Assembly: GCA_963720855.1 (NCBI GenBank) | Contig: CAVRGV010000002.1 | Span: forward strand, 75,994-139,993 | Reading direction: 5' to 3' | Length of the DNA: 64,000 nt | Source of the DNA: an uncultured Chloroflexia bacterium | GTDB lineage: Bacteria > Chloroflexota > Chloroflexia > Thermomicrobiales > UBA6265 | Shown: one piece after another, positions 21,736 through 33,899 of the stretch | Layout of the letters: each line of letters starts with the position of its first letter | Numbering within the stretch: the first letter of the stretch is position 1 | Position numbers and translations under genes: made by a program | Notes under the pieces: generated by a model | What the model was told of the DNA's origin: nothing | The model's database searches: none | The model's input: only the letters and a program-made list of their open reading frames with translations

Positions 21736-22049
21736 CTATCGATGACCTCTTGCTCGTTCGCGGAGGCCTCAGGCGCCAATGCCAGCCAGAGCAAAGCCAG
21801 CACGCCCACCAGCAGGACGGAGATGCTGCCCCAGTAAACCGCCTCGAGCGCACGTGGGTTCCCGATCTCGGGCAGTCCCTTGAAGAAATAGCCCCAGATA
21901 TCCGGAACCGACCGTCGTATGAAATAGAAACTGGTAACCGACGTCAGCTCGGAACCCCAGCGGATGTACCCGAGGATGGAGACGGTCAGCGCCAGCCAGA
22001 CCAAAAGCCTGGCCACGAACGCTCGGTCTCGGGGAAGTGTGAGCTTCAT
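21732..22049 (-). CDS. 105-aa membrane protein of unknown function, translationally coupled to the downstream GT-C-like gene
   Basis: Intact ORF with two hydrophobic helices. Its stop overlaps the start of 19705..21735 by 4 nt. Confidence 0.55.
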   Translation of the reverse strand: MKLTLPRDRAFVARLLVWLALTVSILGYIRWGSELTSVTSFYFIRRSVPDIWGYFFKGLPEIGNPRALEAVYWGSISVLLVGVLALLWLALAPEASANEQEVIDR

Positions 22050-22058
22050 GACCCCTCC

Positions 22059-23552
22059 CTAGCTCATCTTGATGTGCCAGTACGGGATCACGTATCTGGT
22101 ATAGATGATGAGATTCATGAATACCAACCCGAACACGATCAGACCGCTACCCAACGGACGTACCGGACGCGGAATGAGCGTTCGCAGGCCCACCAGTACC
22201 AGGATCGCAAAGGCGTTGACCACCGGGAAGAGATAGCGGGCCTGGGTGAGCGCAAACTCCGTGCCGAACTGAACTACTGCAAGGTAGGCGGTGACCACTG
22301 ACACCAGCAGGATGGGTATCCCGATCGCCTGACTGCGATCCGGCATTTCGAAACCCAGCGGACCATTCTTCTTTTCTGTTCGGCGGCGATAGATCGACAG
22401 CATGGCGAAAAGCGCCAGCCCGACCAACCCCGCAATCACCGGAAAGGCGATCGCCCAGAGAAAGCCGCTGTCGAGATGGATCCGACGCCATCCGAACTCG
22501 CCCCAGGTTTCCTTCCAGCGATTCCAGACGAATGTCCGGTTGAAGAGTAGATCGGGAAACGTTCCACCCGGCTTGTTCCACGGCGACTGAAGCGTACGGA
22601 TCTGTTCGAACGCATCGAGATTCCCATAGGTGCGATAGAACCAAACGTACCAGGGCAGGATCAGGACGCCGCCTACCGCCGCGGTAACCGCGCCCTTGGG
22701 AATCCACTCCCGCCAGTTGCGCAGTCCACAGCCGAGCATGATGGCGAGCCCGATTGCGGGAATGATGAAAAGCGAATTGCTCTTGGCGAGCATCGCAAGG
22801 CCGAGCGCGGCGCCTATCCAGGCGCAGGTAACGTAGTCGAACCCACGCCGTAACCCACGAGCCAGGAAATAGATCACCAGACTGACGAACGCGATCCCTG
22901 CAATGTCGTTATTGACCATCGCGCTTTCATATGAAATTTGCGGTTGAAAGGCAACGAACGCGGGAACCGTGATCAAGAGGAATCGGTCGGTTGGAAAGAG
23001 CATTCTGGTCGTGAGGAACGCGAGCAGCACGATTGCCAGGCCGAATGGGATGGCCATGCCGCGCAGGATGTATTGCATCGATTCCGGCGAAAGCGACTGA
23101 CCCGCACGCGCCGCGGGAGCCAACATCAGGTAATACAGCGGTGGATGGTTGGCGGCGTATTGCGTGCCAGCCGGGAACTGCCCGATGAATCCCCAGCTCG
23201 CCGCACGGAACGGATCGTTCAACCAGCGCGGGTTGTCCGGTTCGCAGGGACTCCAATCGAGAATGTACTGGCAATAGCGGTAGAAGTAGTCAGGCAGCGT
23301 GTCGCCTTGCCAGGTTGCAAACTCGGTGTTGGTCAATCGGCCGAAATCGTCGAGACAGCCCTGCCCGTTATCCGTGGGACAGCGAAAGAGCTCCGGCACG
23401 CGATGCTCGGTGACGAGCGTCTGCAGATAGTTGTAATGCGCGACTTCGTCATGCCCGCTAAAAGGCGGAAAGACGAGCACCGTCAGGGTCTGCTTGGCGA
23501 TAAAAACGACCAGAAGGATGAGAAGAAACCGTCCAACGGTCGACGTCAGCAA
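22059..23552 (-). CDS. GT-C fold glycosyltransferase (family 39 / ArnT / PMT-like, DUF2142-like)
   Basis: Intact 497-aa polytopic ORF. The N-terminal loop reads FPPFSGHDEVAHYNYLQTL. Confidence 0.7.
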   Translation of the reverse strand: MLTSTVGRFLLILLVVFIAKQTLTVLVFPPFSGHDEVAHYNYLQTLVTEHRVPELFRCPTDNGQGCLDDFGRLTNTEFATWQGDTLPDYFYRYCQYILDWSPCEPDNPRWLNDPFRAASWGFIGQFPAGTQYAANHPPLYYLMLAPAARAGQSLSPESMQYILRGMAIPFGLAIVLLAFLTTRMLFPTDRFLLITVPAFVAFQPQISYESAMVNNDIAGIAFVSLVIYFLARGLRRGFDYVTCAWIGAALGLAMLAKSNSLFIIPAIGLAIMLGCGLRNWREWIPKGAVTAAVGGVLILPWYVWFYRTYGNLDAFEQIRTLQSPWNKPGGTFPDLLFNRTFVWNRWKETWGEFGWRRIHLDSGFLWAIAFPVIAGLVGLALFAMLSIYRRRTEKKNGPLGFEMPDRSQAIGIPILLVSVVTAYLAVVQFGTEFALTQARYLFPVVNAFAILVLVGLRTLIPRPVRPLGSGLIVFGLVFMNLIIYTRYVIPYWHIKMS

Positions 23553-23658
23553 ATCCGCTTGAATCGATCCCGAGGGGAAGGCGAACCCGACGCGGCCAGG
23601 GCCACGTCGGGGATCGCAGGATTTTCGGACTCGAGCGGCCGCTCAGCGGCTTCCACCG

Positions 23659-25155
23659 CTAGCTTCCGGCGGCCGTTGGGGTTTTTCGGACCTGCTTGAT
23701 CTCGTGGTACTCCTGGTCGGCGTTGACCTGCTCGAGATCGTGCCGCTCACCAAGGATGTTCTCAGCCGCCAGCAATCCGGTTTCGATCGAATGATCGGTG
23801 TTGTTGTAGCGGAACGTGCCGTACCGCCCAATGATCTGGAGATTTTCGAGACTGTCGATGAAGTCTTTGATCTTGCTCAGCGGCTTTCTCATAGCCCATC
23901 ACATAGGACGGGTAGGCGCGCGGCGCGCGAATCGTGAATCCGCCGATCACTTCAGAGCGATCGATGAACTTGAGATCGTTGACCAGGTGATCGACGGCGT
24001 TCTCGACGAGCTCCTCTTCGGTCATCTCCCAGATGTGATCGCCAAACGAGCAGAAATACTCGATCACCAGCGACGTGAAGTCGTCGCTGGGAACCATGTA
24101 CGGGCTCCAGTTCTTCGGCTCGTGGAAACGCCCGAAGAGAATGCGCTTGTCATGCACATAGAGCCAGGTATCTGGGGTCACCTGTTTCCGCTTGAGCATC
24201 ACGTTGACCGTGATGATGTTGCGGAAAGTCAGCGAATCGGCCGCGGCCAGAACATCGTCCGGCGCAGGCGGATCGACGATCTTGGCGAGAACCGTCAGCG
24301 GAATCGACGAGATGTAGTTCGTCGCCTCGAGACGCTCCTCGCCGTTTTCGGTCTCGACGGTAATGCCGGTGACCCGGTTGCCATCGCGATGCACCTTGGT
24401 CACCCCGGCGCCGAGGCGAACCTCATTACCCATCGCAGTGATCTTGTCGGTCATCCGCTCGGAGAGACGGCCGAAACCCATATTTGGGATACATGAACTC
24501 GTCGATCAGCGAGACGACCGCGCCCTTTGAGGGAACGACAGCATCCTTGACCGCGGTCACGATCGACATACCTTTGGACCGCTGGGTCACCCAGTCGCCG
24601 CTCATCTGATCGCAGGGCAGGCCCCACACCTTCTCGGAGTAGTTCTTGAAAAAGAGCTTGTAGAGCGTCGGTCCGAATTGGTCGATGTAGGCGTCTTCCA
24701 TCGACTCGACCTGCGGTCGGGCGGACCTTCTTCTGCGCGCGGGTGCGACCGTAATCGGCCATGGCTTTCGCGGAGGTTACCGGTCCGATGGCTTTGAGGG
24801 CATTGCTGATTTTCAGCGGATAGTCGACGTACTTTCCGTCGAAATAGATCCGGCTGATTCGGTTGACCCAGAGCAGCTCCTCGCCGATGACTTCCTTGAA
24901 GAGATCGTTGAGCCGGTCATTCTTGGTAAACCAACGGTGTCCGCCGATGTCGAACTTGAATTCGCCGTACTCGGTGTCCCGTTTGATCGTGCGGGCGAGG
25001 CCTCCAACAAATGGCGCACGCTCGACCACAGTCGTTTTCACGCCCGCTTTGGAGAGCACATATGCCGAGCAGAGTCCGCCGGGACCGGCTCCCATGATCA
25101 GGGTGTCGCGCGGCTCGGAACCCTCACCGCTGTGCCCGTTACTCGAAACTGGCAT
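23659..25155 (-). CDS. FAD-dependent oxidoreductase (amine-oxidase / UDP-galactopyranose-mutase-like fold); three frame breaks
   Basis: Fragments 24451..25173 (LIMGAGPGGLCSAYVLSKAGVKTTVVE dinucleotide fold), 24426..24701, 23762..24481 and 23659..23892 (IIGRYGTFRYNNTDHSIETG). The start is ATG 25153-25155 with GGAGGA upstream. Confidence 0.75.
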
Positions 25156-25338
25156 TCGTTCGCATTCCTCCAAAGAGAGATGAATAAGTTCAGGTCCAGG
25201 AAGTCGCGCTCAATGCGTCTGGGCGTTGCCGCCATTGGCAACAGGCTCCATCGAGCGTCGAGCCCGAAGTGCAGCACCTAAGGGTATACCACCACGGCCT
25301 ATCAGCCTGCATACGACTGAAGTGGCCATTCGATGTCG

Positions 25339-25773
25339 CTAGTCGACCTGGTCTCCCCACGTGAAGTGATTGTTCAGGAAAAAGTTCCAAATCGCAGCGG
25401 CTCCGGCGCCGAAGAGATTGGCAATCAGGTAGTTCATTCCGGTTTCCGCCACCAGCGTCTTCAAAATGACCACGTTGATGACAAGTCCAATCATGTTGAT
25501 CGGAAAGTACATCGCCATTCGATGAACGAGCCGTCCACTGCCCCGGTCGTGCCAGGTCCAATGCTCGTTCAACAGAAATGTCACGATCATCGAGATGAGA
25601 ATGGCAATGGTGGAGGAAATGACGAGATGCGAGCCGATTCCCTGGTGCAGGAGAAGGAGCATCCCCTGGTTCACGCCAAGTCCAACTGCGCCGACTACCA
25701 GGAATTTTTGAAAGCGTCGCGCAAGGATCCATGCGCGAGCCGCAGGCTGCGGCCAACTCTCGACAGAGAACAT
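25339..25773 (-). CDS. GtrA-family membrane protein
   Basis: FQKFLVVGAVGLGVNQGMLLLL...NFFLNNHFTWGD, with four helices. The start was chosen at MFSVESW inside ORF 25339..25875. Confidence 0.75.
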   Translation of the reverse strand: MFSVESWPQPAARAWILARRFQKFLVVGAVGLGVNQGMLLLLHQGIGSHLVISSTIAILISMIVTFLLNEHWTWHDRGSGRLVHRMAMYFPINMIGLVINVVILKTLVAETGMNYLIANLFGAGAAAIWNFFLNNHFTWGDQVD

Positions 25774-25939
25774 CGTGCTCGCTGACCCCCCTCGAAGCAA
25801 CAGCGTGCGGGCCGGTGAGGCTCGGGAATCGACCAGCAAACTCTGGACGCATCCGTCGCAAACCATACCATGCAAGTCTCAGCAACGATGAGTTTTGTAT
25901 ACCCGAACCGCCGGGTTTCATGCGTTCATAACAAGGTGC

Positions 25940-27239
25940 TCAGGCAGCGGCTGGCAACTCTTCGTGCAGTGTGCTGATTGCCGCCTGGAGCGGAGCATCC
26001 TGTGCGGCATCGAGCTGGGCATCGGTGAGTTTCTGACCGTCGGAAATATCGATGATTTCCGCCCCGCTTGCCTGTCGAACCTCGATGTCCGGCATGAGCC
26101 CGACTTTCCAGACCAGATCGCCATCGGGCGTTTTCCAGAACGCCGTACCGAGCGCCAACGCGGACCCACCGTCCAGTTCGAATGTGGAAACCACGGTTCC
26201 GGTTCCATAGGTGCGCTCGCCGATCACGACCGCCCGGCCGTTGTCCCGAAGTGCACCGGCGATGATCTCGGCCGCAGAAGCCGATGCGCGATTGACGAGC
26301 ACCACCAGGGGCACATCGACGGCAGCGCCGTCATTCCCGATCGTGGCGATCGGCTGATCCTGTTCTCCGCGTTCCTGTTGGAGATAGATGGTCTTGCCCT
26401 CTGGGAGGAATTGACTGGCAACCGTTATCGCTTCGGAGACGTATCCGCCCGGGTTATTGCGCAGATCGAGCACGATCCCCTGAGTATTTCCACTGGCATC
26501 GATCTCCTGTAGCGCTTTTCGCAGCTCCTGACCGGATCCCGCCGAGAACTCATGGAATTGCACGATTGCCATCCCGTTCGGCAGGATCGCCCAGGTGACC
26601 GGATCGAGATCGATTCGCCCACGCACAACCGTGATTTCCAGGAGCGACGTTTCCGATGCGCGGTCGATGGTGAGCGTGACCGGGCTGCCTGCGTCACCCC
26701 GCAGGTGAAGGGAAACTTCGGCGTCGCTCATGCCCAGCGTGGGAATGCCATCGATCTCCACGATGGTGTCGCCGGCCTTGATGCCTGCTTCCTCGGCCGG
26801 AGAGTTCTTGATCGGCGCGACGACCACCGGTTCCCGGTTCTGATACTCGATGCTGATACCGAGCCCGATCAGTTCGCCGTCGAGGGCTGATCGGAAGATC
26901 TTGGCTTCGCTCGGGATCGAGAAAGCTCGAATGGCCCGTATCGCCGAGACTTTCCACCATGCCCCGCGCCGCGCCATAGAGCAGCGTCTGATCGTCGATG
27001 GCGTCGGGATCGACGAACTCATCGTGAATCAGATCCCAAACGGATTGCAGGGTCGAAAAATCAGGCTGATCGACCAGCGAGTTCGATGCGGTGGTTTCTC
27101 GCAGGCCGGTGATTTCGGTGGTGACAACACCCGCAAGGAAAGCTCCGAGCACCAGGGTGACGACCATGATGCGGCTGATAACGAACCGGTGGCGCCACGC
27201 GAGGGGCCGCGGTTGGGAGTCGTTTGGCGATTGATTCAT
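25940..27239 (-). CDS. S41 family C-terminal processing peptidase with a PDZ domain; one frame break near 26930-27000
   Basis: Fragments 26694..27269 (N-terminal anchor) and 25940..27022 (PDZ: GLGISIEYQNREPVVVAPIKNSPAEEAGIKAGD; catalytic region: LVNRASASAAEIIAGAL). Confidence 0.85.
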
Positions 27240-27371
27240 GGCGAAAGCGGTCCTGACCAGGGCATACAAATACGGGGGCCGGCGGCGTTCGCGCCGTCCC
27301 GCATGAGTGTACGCTTGGCGTCACCTGGCGGTTCCGAATCGCGCCGCCCTTCAGTCGCGGAGTAGCCATCC

Positions 27372-28076
27372 ATGCCCCCCACCAACCCGGACCAAGTCGT
27401 TGAAATCGTCTTTATCCTGAACGAGGTCGAGTACCCGCTGACGATGCGGCGTGGCGCCATCATTCACGAAGCCTTCCACGAGGCGCTGCCCACGCAATTT
27501 ACCGCGGGCCATCGGCTGATCTTTCGCAGCGAAGACGGCCGGGAGCTCTATCCCGATAACTTTCTGGGTGATCTGATCGATCATCTGCGCATCGACCGAA
27601 TCCTGACCGTCGCCGAGCCCATCCCCGAATCCGACGGGGACTGGCGCAATATCGGGTTCGACCATCTCGCGATATCGGTCGAGGACAGACCCGGCGCTCG
27701 TGACTTCTTGCGGGATGTCGTGCAGATGCGCGTCATGCGCGACGATCCGCATCTGACGGTACTGACCACCGGTCCCACCACGGTCATGCTCTTCGATACT
27801 GGCGAAGGAGGACCGCTCTCAACCGGAGGCGCCTCGCGCTGGCATCACCTTGGATTCGTGGTCGACGATCTCGCCGCCGCCTATGCCCACTTGCAGCGCA
27901 ATCGCGATCGACTGATCAGCGATTTCACCATGCTGGAACGTGACGAGCGCTGGAGTCTCTACTTCTTCTACCGAAATGGCGATGTGACCTTCATGTTCCA
28001 GTTCTCGGAAGTGAAGGACAGCCGATCGAGGCATTACCGATCCAGCGCGCGCCGATTTCGCCGGTTATCTGTTTGA
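27372..28076 (+). CDS. VOC (glyoxalase/bleomycin-resistance/dioxygenase) family protein with an N-terminal extension of about 95 aa
   Basis: Intact 234-aa ORF. The VOC core runs from IGFDHLAISVED to HHLGFVVDDL. I do not recognise the N-terminal part. Confidence 0.6.
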   Translation: MPPTNPDQVVEIVFILNEVEYPLTMRRGAIIHEAFHEALPTQFTAGHRLIFRSEDGRELYPDNFLGDLIDHLRIDRILTVAEPIPESDGDWRNIGFDHLAISVEDRPGARDFLRDVVQMRVMRDDPHLTVLTTGPTTVMLFDTGEGGPLSTGGASRWHHLGFVVDDLAAAYAHLQRNRDRLISDFTMLERDERWSLYFFYRNGDVTFMFQFSEVKDSRSRHYRSSARRFRRLSV

Positions 28077-28214
28077 CTATGGCAAGCGGCCGTATGGCGT
28101 GCAATGGGAGCTGGAGCTTGCCGGCAACGAGTCTGCGGATAGCAGACCGTCCGTCTGCGAACCTGAGCACATCATCGGCCTCCGACTTTCACCGGCTGAA
28201 AGGAGTAGACCAGC

Positions 28215-28620
28215 ATGAAACGACAGCTCATTTCTTCCGGCGGCCCATGGGAAGCAAAGGGCGGATATTCGCGCGCCGTGCGCGTGAACGATCACGTTTT
28301 CGTGGCCGGCACCACTGCAATGAAAGACGGCAGGCTGGTCGGAGCTGACGATGTCGTCGCGCAAACCCGGCAGACCATGACGACGATCATCAACGCGCTT
28401 CACGAAGCCGGCGCATCGATCGGCGATGTCGTGCGCTATCGCATCTATCTCACGAACATCGAGGACAGCGCGCGCGGTGATTCCGTTGCTGGGTGAGTAT
28501 TTTGGCGAAGTTCGGCCGGCTGGGACGATGGTTGGCGTAGCGGCGTTGATTGCACCCGAAATGCGGATCGAAATTGAAGTGGAAGCGATTCGCGGCAGCG
28601 CCGATCGATCAGACGAGTAG
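28215..28620 (+). CDS. RidA/YjgF/RutC family protein; one frame break near 28480
   Basis: MKRQLISSGGPWEAKGGYSRAVRVNDHVFVAGTTA... continues as IPLLGEYFGEVRPAGTMVGVAALIAPEMRIEIEVEAI in ORF 28426..28620. AAAGGAG lies upstream of ATG 28215. Confidence 0.75.
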
Positions 28621-28644
28621 CTATTCATGCGCGCACGCACGATC

Positions 28645-28682
28645 AAAACAGCCGGTCCCCCTATCAAGGACCGGCTGTTTTT
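28645..28682. terminator. Bidirectional hairpin terminator between the convergent ridA-like and ilvE genes
   Basis: AAAACAGCCGGTCC / GGACCGGCTGTTTT, a perfect 14-nt stem with a 9-nt loop, flanked by an A tract on one side and a T tract on the other. Confidence 0.75.
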
Positions 28683-28723
28683 GCGAACGTAACTCGCGGA
28701 AGGCTACGCCGGCACGCGGGCGC

Positions 28724-29657
28724 CTAGCCCAACCGGTGTGCGCCAGTGATCGTAGCTGGGGTCGCTCCCCCGCAACGATGCTTCGAACAGCGCGCTCGAG
28801 TTCACGCGTGAACGGGCCAATAGCTCCATCTCCAACCGCATACTTGTCGACGCTCACGATCGGCGAAATCTCGGCGGCCGTTCCGCAGAGGAAGACTTCA
28901 TCGGCCACATAGAGCTCGGTGCGGTCGACAACGCGCTCCTCCACCCGCATGCCAAGCTGCTCGCGCGCCAGCACCAGCAATGCGTCCCGGGTGATGCTCT
29001 CCAGAATGCCGGAGGTCAGATCGGGCGTGACGAGCACGCCGTCCCGCACGAACATCACACACGCGCCTGGCGCCTCAGAAACCTTGCCGTGGGAGTTGAG
29101 GATGATCGCGGTGTCATATCCGTCCTGCGCCACTTCCTGCCGCGCAAGCTGGCCGTTGCGGTAGTTGGAGATGTTCTTGACCCGCGGCGGCATGACATCT
29201 TCCGAGATCCGTCGCCAGGAGCTGACCTTGGCAGTGCAGCCCCTTGTCGCTCCCCGAGATGGGACGGCATCGGTCGCGTGATGATCTGCAGGGTGGTCTG
29301 GACATCCATGCTGTCATAGCGGGTGAAATAGGAATCCGCCGTATAGGCCAGCGGGAAGAAATAGGTGTCATGGTGGCATTCGTTGAGCCGCCCAAGCTCC
29401 AGCGTCGCATCGATCAGCTCATCGACGGAATAGCTCAAGTCGAGGTGCACGAGCTTCATCGATCGCTTCAGCCGCTCCATGTGCTCCCGCAGCCGATACA
29501 CGTAGAGCTCCTGATGATCGTCGTTCCAGTAGCCCCGGATACCCTCGAACACGGCGCCGATGGTGGACCAGCCCATCTCCGAGACATGGACGGTCGCGTC
29601 GTCCCAGGGCGTGATCGAGCCGTTGTACCAGAGATAGGTTGGGTGATTTGGGGCCAT
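28724..29657 (-). CDS. ilvE: Branched-chain-amino-acid aminotransferase (class IV); two frame breaks
   Basis: Fragments 29055..29657 (MAPNHPTYLWYNGSITPWDDATVHV...) and 28621..29193 (...EVFLCGTAAEISPIVSVD). The reconstructed end YDHWRTPVGL stops at TAG 28724-28726. Confidence 0.85.
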
Positions 29658-29733
29658 GCTGGTGCTCCTGTCGCCTGGCGTCTTTGCCAGCTCCGTTCAT
29701 GATCGGCCCGGTTTGGCCGAAACCCGAAGCGTA

Positions 29734-29773
29734 CAGAAAAGAACGCCGGGATGGCGATGGACCATCCCGGCGT
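29734..29773 (-). terminator. Rho-independent terminator after the peptide ABC operon
   Basis: Stem ACGCCGGGATGG / CCATCCCGGCGT (29743-29754 and 29762-29773), followed on the minus strand by TCTTTTCTG. It lies just downstream of the tandem stops TGA-TAG. Confidence 0.7.
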
Positions 29774-29789
29774 CTCGATAGCCTTGCTA

Positions 29790-31578
29790 TCAGTGCATTG
29801 CGCGGCTATTCGGCCGGGCGCGTATCCGTCGTACACGTTGCGGAGCATGTTGACGTAGATGTTGCCATCCGGAACCTTCTGGCCAAACGAGTTGACCTGC
29901 GACGCCCTGAACCCACGGCTTGAAGACGTTTTGATCCAGGCGGAACGACCAGCGGCATGTATCCGACATCTTCCTGAATGATCGTCTCGGCCTGCAGGTA
30001 GACCGCCAGGCGCGTCGTCCGGCGTGGGCGCTTCCTTGCCCTGGATAACCAGATCGTCGAACTGCTGCATTCGACCAGGCCTGGCGCTTGCCAGAGTTCT
30101 TTTGGCTGTAGAACATGTCGCCGTAGCCATTGTCCGGATCCGGATAGTCGTACCACCAGCGGATAAAGACAAGCTGCCACTTGTTCTCGAACAATTGCTC
30201 GGAGAAGTTGGACTGCGGCACTGGCTGGATGCTCACATCCATGCCCAGCGTTTGCTTGAGCTGATCGACGATGTCGTTCGCCATGACATCGGCGTTGTAC
30301 TGCTCTTCCTCAGCGCGCATCCACATGGTGATTTCGGGCCAGTTCTTGCCGCCCTCGAAGTCGGTTCCCACCAAGCGAGGCCATCGCGAGTTCCGGATCG
30401 TAACCCTGGAGTCCCAGCAACGACGGATCGTCGAGGAATCCGAACACACCCTGCGGCACCATGCAATAGGCCGGCGCCACGAGGCCGTTGGTGACGGTAA
30501 CCAGTCGGTCGCGATCGATCGCATGGCTGACCGCCTTGCGGACCTCCAGCTAATCGAACGGCGGCTGGCCGTTCGACGGCAGCAGCATCCAGATGCCCGG
30601 ATAGACATACGGATTCATCAAGGTCGCTTTTTCGGGATCCTCGAGATAGCGGAGGTAGTCCGCTCCCGGGAGGATCGCCCAGTCGAGCTGCTGATCGCCG
30701 GAGCCGCTCTCGAAGAGAAGCATCTGGTTGGCGCTCGGATAAATCGGCACCGTGTAGTTATCGATGTGGATGTTCTCGGCGTCCCAGAAGTTTTCGTTCC
30801 GGGTCATGGTCCACTTGACGTCCGGCTCAAGCTCGACCAGATTGAACGGTCCATTGGACACCAGCGGAACGTCGCCAATGGCCCACTCGAGCTCACCGTA
30901 CTGCTCGACTGCCCACTGCGGAGCCGGCCACGCCGCTGCGTAGGCAGTCTTCAGCGGGAATCCGCCGCGCGGGCCTTCGCACGTAACCTCGAGAGTCCAG
31001 TCATCGATTGCTTTCAATCCGAGATCGTCGGCTGTTACGCCCTCGGCGCCAGTGTTGAAGGCTTCGGCATTCTTGACATCGAAGAAAAAGCTCGCGTAAG
31101 GGGCGGCCGTTTCCGGCTTGAGCTGTCGCGCCCACGAATACACGTAGTCCTGCGCGGTGACCGGCTTACCATCTGACCACCCGGTGTTGTCCGGGCGGAT
31201 GTGGAAGGTCCACACAGATGCATCTTCGTTGGACTCCCAGGTCTCGGCCCAACCCGGTGCCGGATTCAGATCGGCGTCGAACGTCAGGACGCCTTCGAAT
31301 GCATTGGTATCACCGTTGCAATACAGGTTGGCATTGAAGTCGAACGACGTTGGATTCGTGGTGTACCCACGCTGGTAGAACGTCTGCACGATTTCTTCGC
31401 TGCCAGCAGCCGGGGTAGCGTCCTGGGCGCCGACCGAGGAAATACCTCGAGCAGCCAGGGTGGCAACCGCCGCGGCGGCTCCCGCGGCCTTGAGCGCGGC
31501 GCGCCGGCTCATCTTGCCGCTCAGCACATCTGCCCGAATCTGGGACAGCTGCGCATCGAGCTGAGAGTGTTCGGTCAT
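29790..31578 (-). pseudogene. ABC transporter substrate-binding protein, family 5 (peptide), Tat-type signal; at least five frame breaks in the C-terminal half
   Basis: The N-terminal ORF 30550..31635 is intact (MTEHSQ...MSRRAALKAAGAAAAVATLAA; ATG 31576-31578 with AGGAGGA upstream). The rest is spread over ORFs 29790..30608, 29806..30180, 29468..30172 and 30233..30466. Confidence 0.75.
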
Positions 31579-31747
31579 CCGGAATCCTCCTGAACCTACC
31601 GTACCCGTCCGCAGCACATGCGCCGCCGACGTCAATCAGTAAGACCGTATTGATAGTTCCGCCCTAGACAGGCGATTCTAGCAAACCTTGCGCCACGTTC
31701 ACAGTGACCGGCTAACGCGTTCGTCGGCAACGTGCGATTGCGCAGCG

Positions 31748-32763
31748 CTATGCGTAATGGCACGCGACGAGATGATCGACCTCCTTCGCTTCCAGTACCG
31801 GTTCCTCGACGGAGCAATTGGGTTGGGCAATGGGACAACGGGGATGGAACCGGCAACCGCGCGGCGGATTGGCCGGGCTCGGTACATCGCCCTGCAGAAT
31901 GATGCGCTCTCGCGTGCGCCCCGGCGACGCAATCGGAATCGCCGAGATGAGCGCCTTGGTATAGGGATGCTTGGGATTTTCGGTGATCGTCCTGGCGTCG
32001 GCGATCTCGACCAGCTTGCCGAGATACATGACACCGATGCGGTCGGCAATATGCGCGACGACCGCCAGATTGTGGGCAATGAAGAGATACGTCAGGTTGT
32101 ATTGATCCTGGAGCTGCTGCATCAGATTGAGCACCTGCGCCTGGATCGAGACATCGAGCGCCGAAACCGGTTCGTCGCAGACGACCAACTCCGGACCCAG
32201 CGCCAGCGCGCGTGCGATGCCGATGCGCTGCCGCTGCCCGCCAGAGAACTCATGCGGATAGCGATTGGCAAAATAGGAGTTCAATCCGACTTCTTTGAGG
32301 AGATCGCGCACCCGGTCCTGCCGATCCTTCTTGGTCCCCCACTTCGCCACATTGAGCGGCTCGGAAATCACCGAAGACACCGTCATGCGGGGATCGAGCG
32401 AGGCAGAGGGATCCTGAAAAATCATCTGCATATAACGGCGGTGCGGACGCATCTGCTTCGCACCCAGCTTGCTGATGTCCTGTCCACGAAAGATGATCGA
32501 ACCAGCAGTCGGCTCGTAGAGCCGAACAATCGTCTGGCCCAGGGTCGTCTTGCCGCAGCCAGACTCTCCTACCAGGCCCAGCGTTTCGCCGCGCCGAATC
32601 GAAAAGGAGATGTCGTCCACGGCGTGGATGACCAGCGGGCGGCCCCGTAACATACCGCCGCCGATAGTGAAATGCTTCTTGACGTTCGTGAGTTGAAGGA
32701 TGTAGTCCTCATCGGACGTTTGCGTGCTCTGTTCGAACGCGACTGGATGCGTTTCATTCAACG

Positions 32764-32767
<4 letters not shown>
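31748..32767 (-). CDS. Oligopeptide/dipeptide ABC transporter ATP-binding protein (OppF/DppF-like)
   Basis: Intact 339-aa ORF with Walker [10 protein letters not shown], signature FSGGQRQR and a C-terminal oligopeptide domain with Cys residues. Confidence 0.9.
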
Positions 32768-33839
<1,072 letters not shown>

Positions 33840-33899
33840 GTTCGTCCTGCTTCGCGTCGAGCGATTCGGAGGGTGGCGCCGGCGTTTGCCGGCTGTGGG

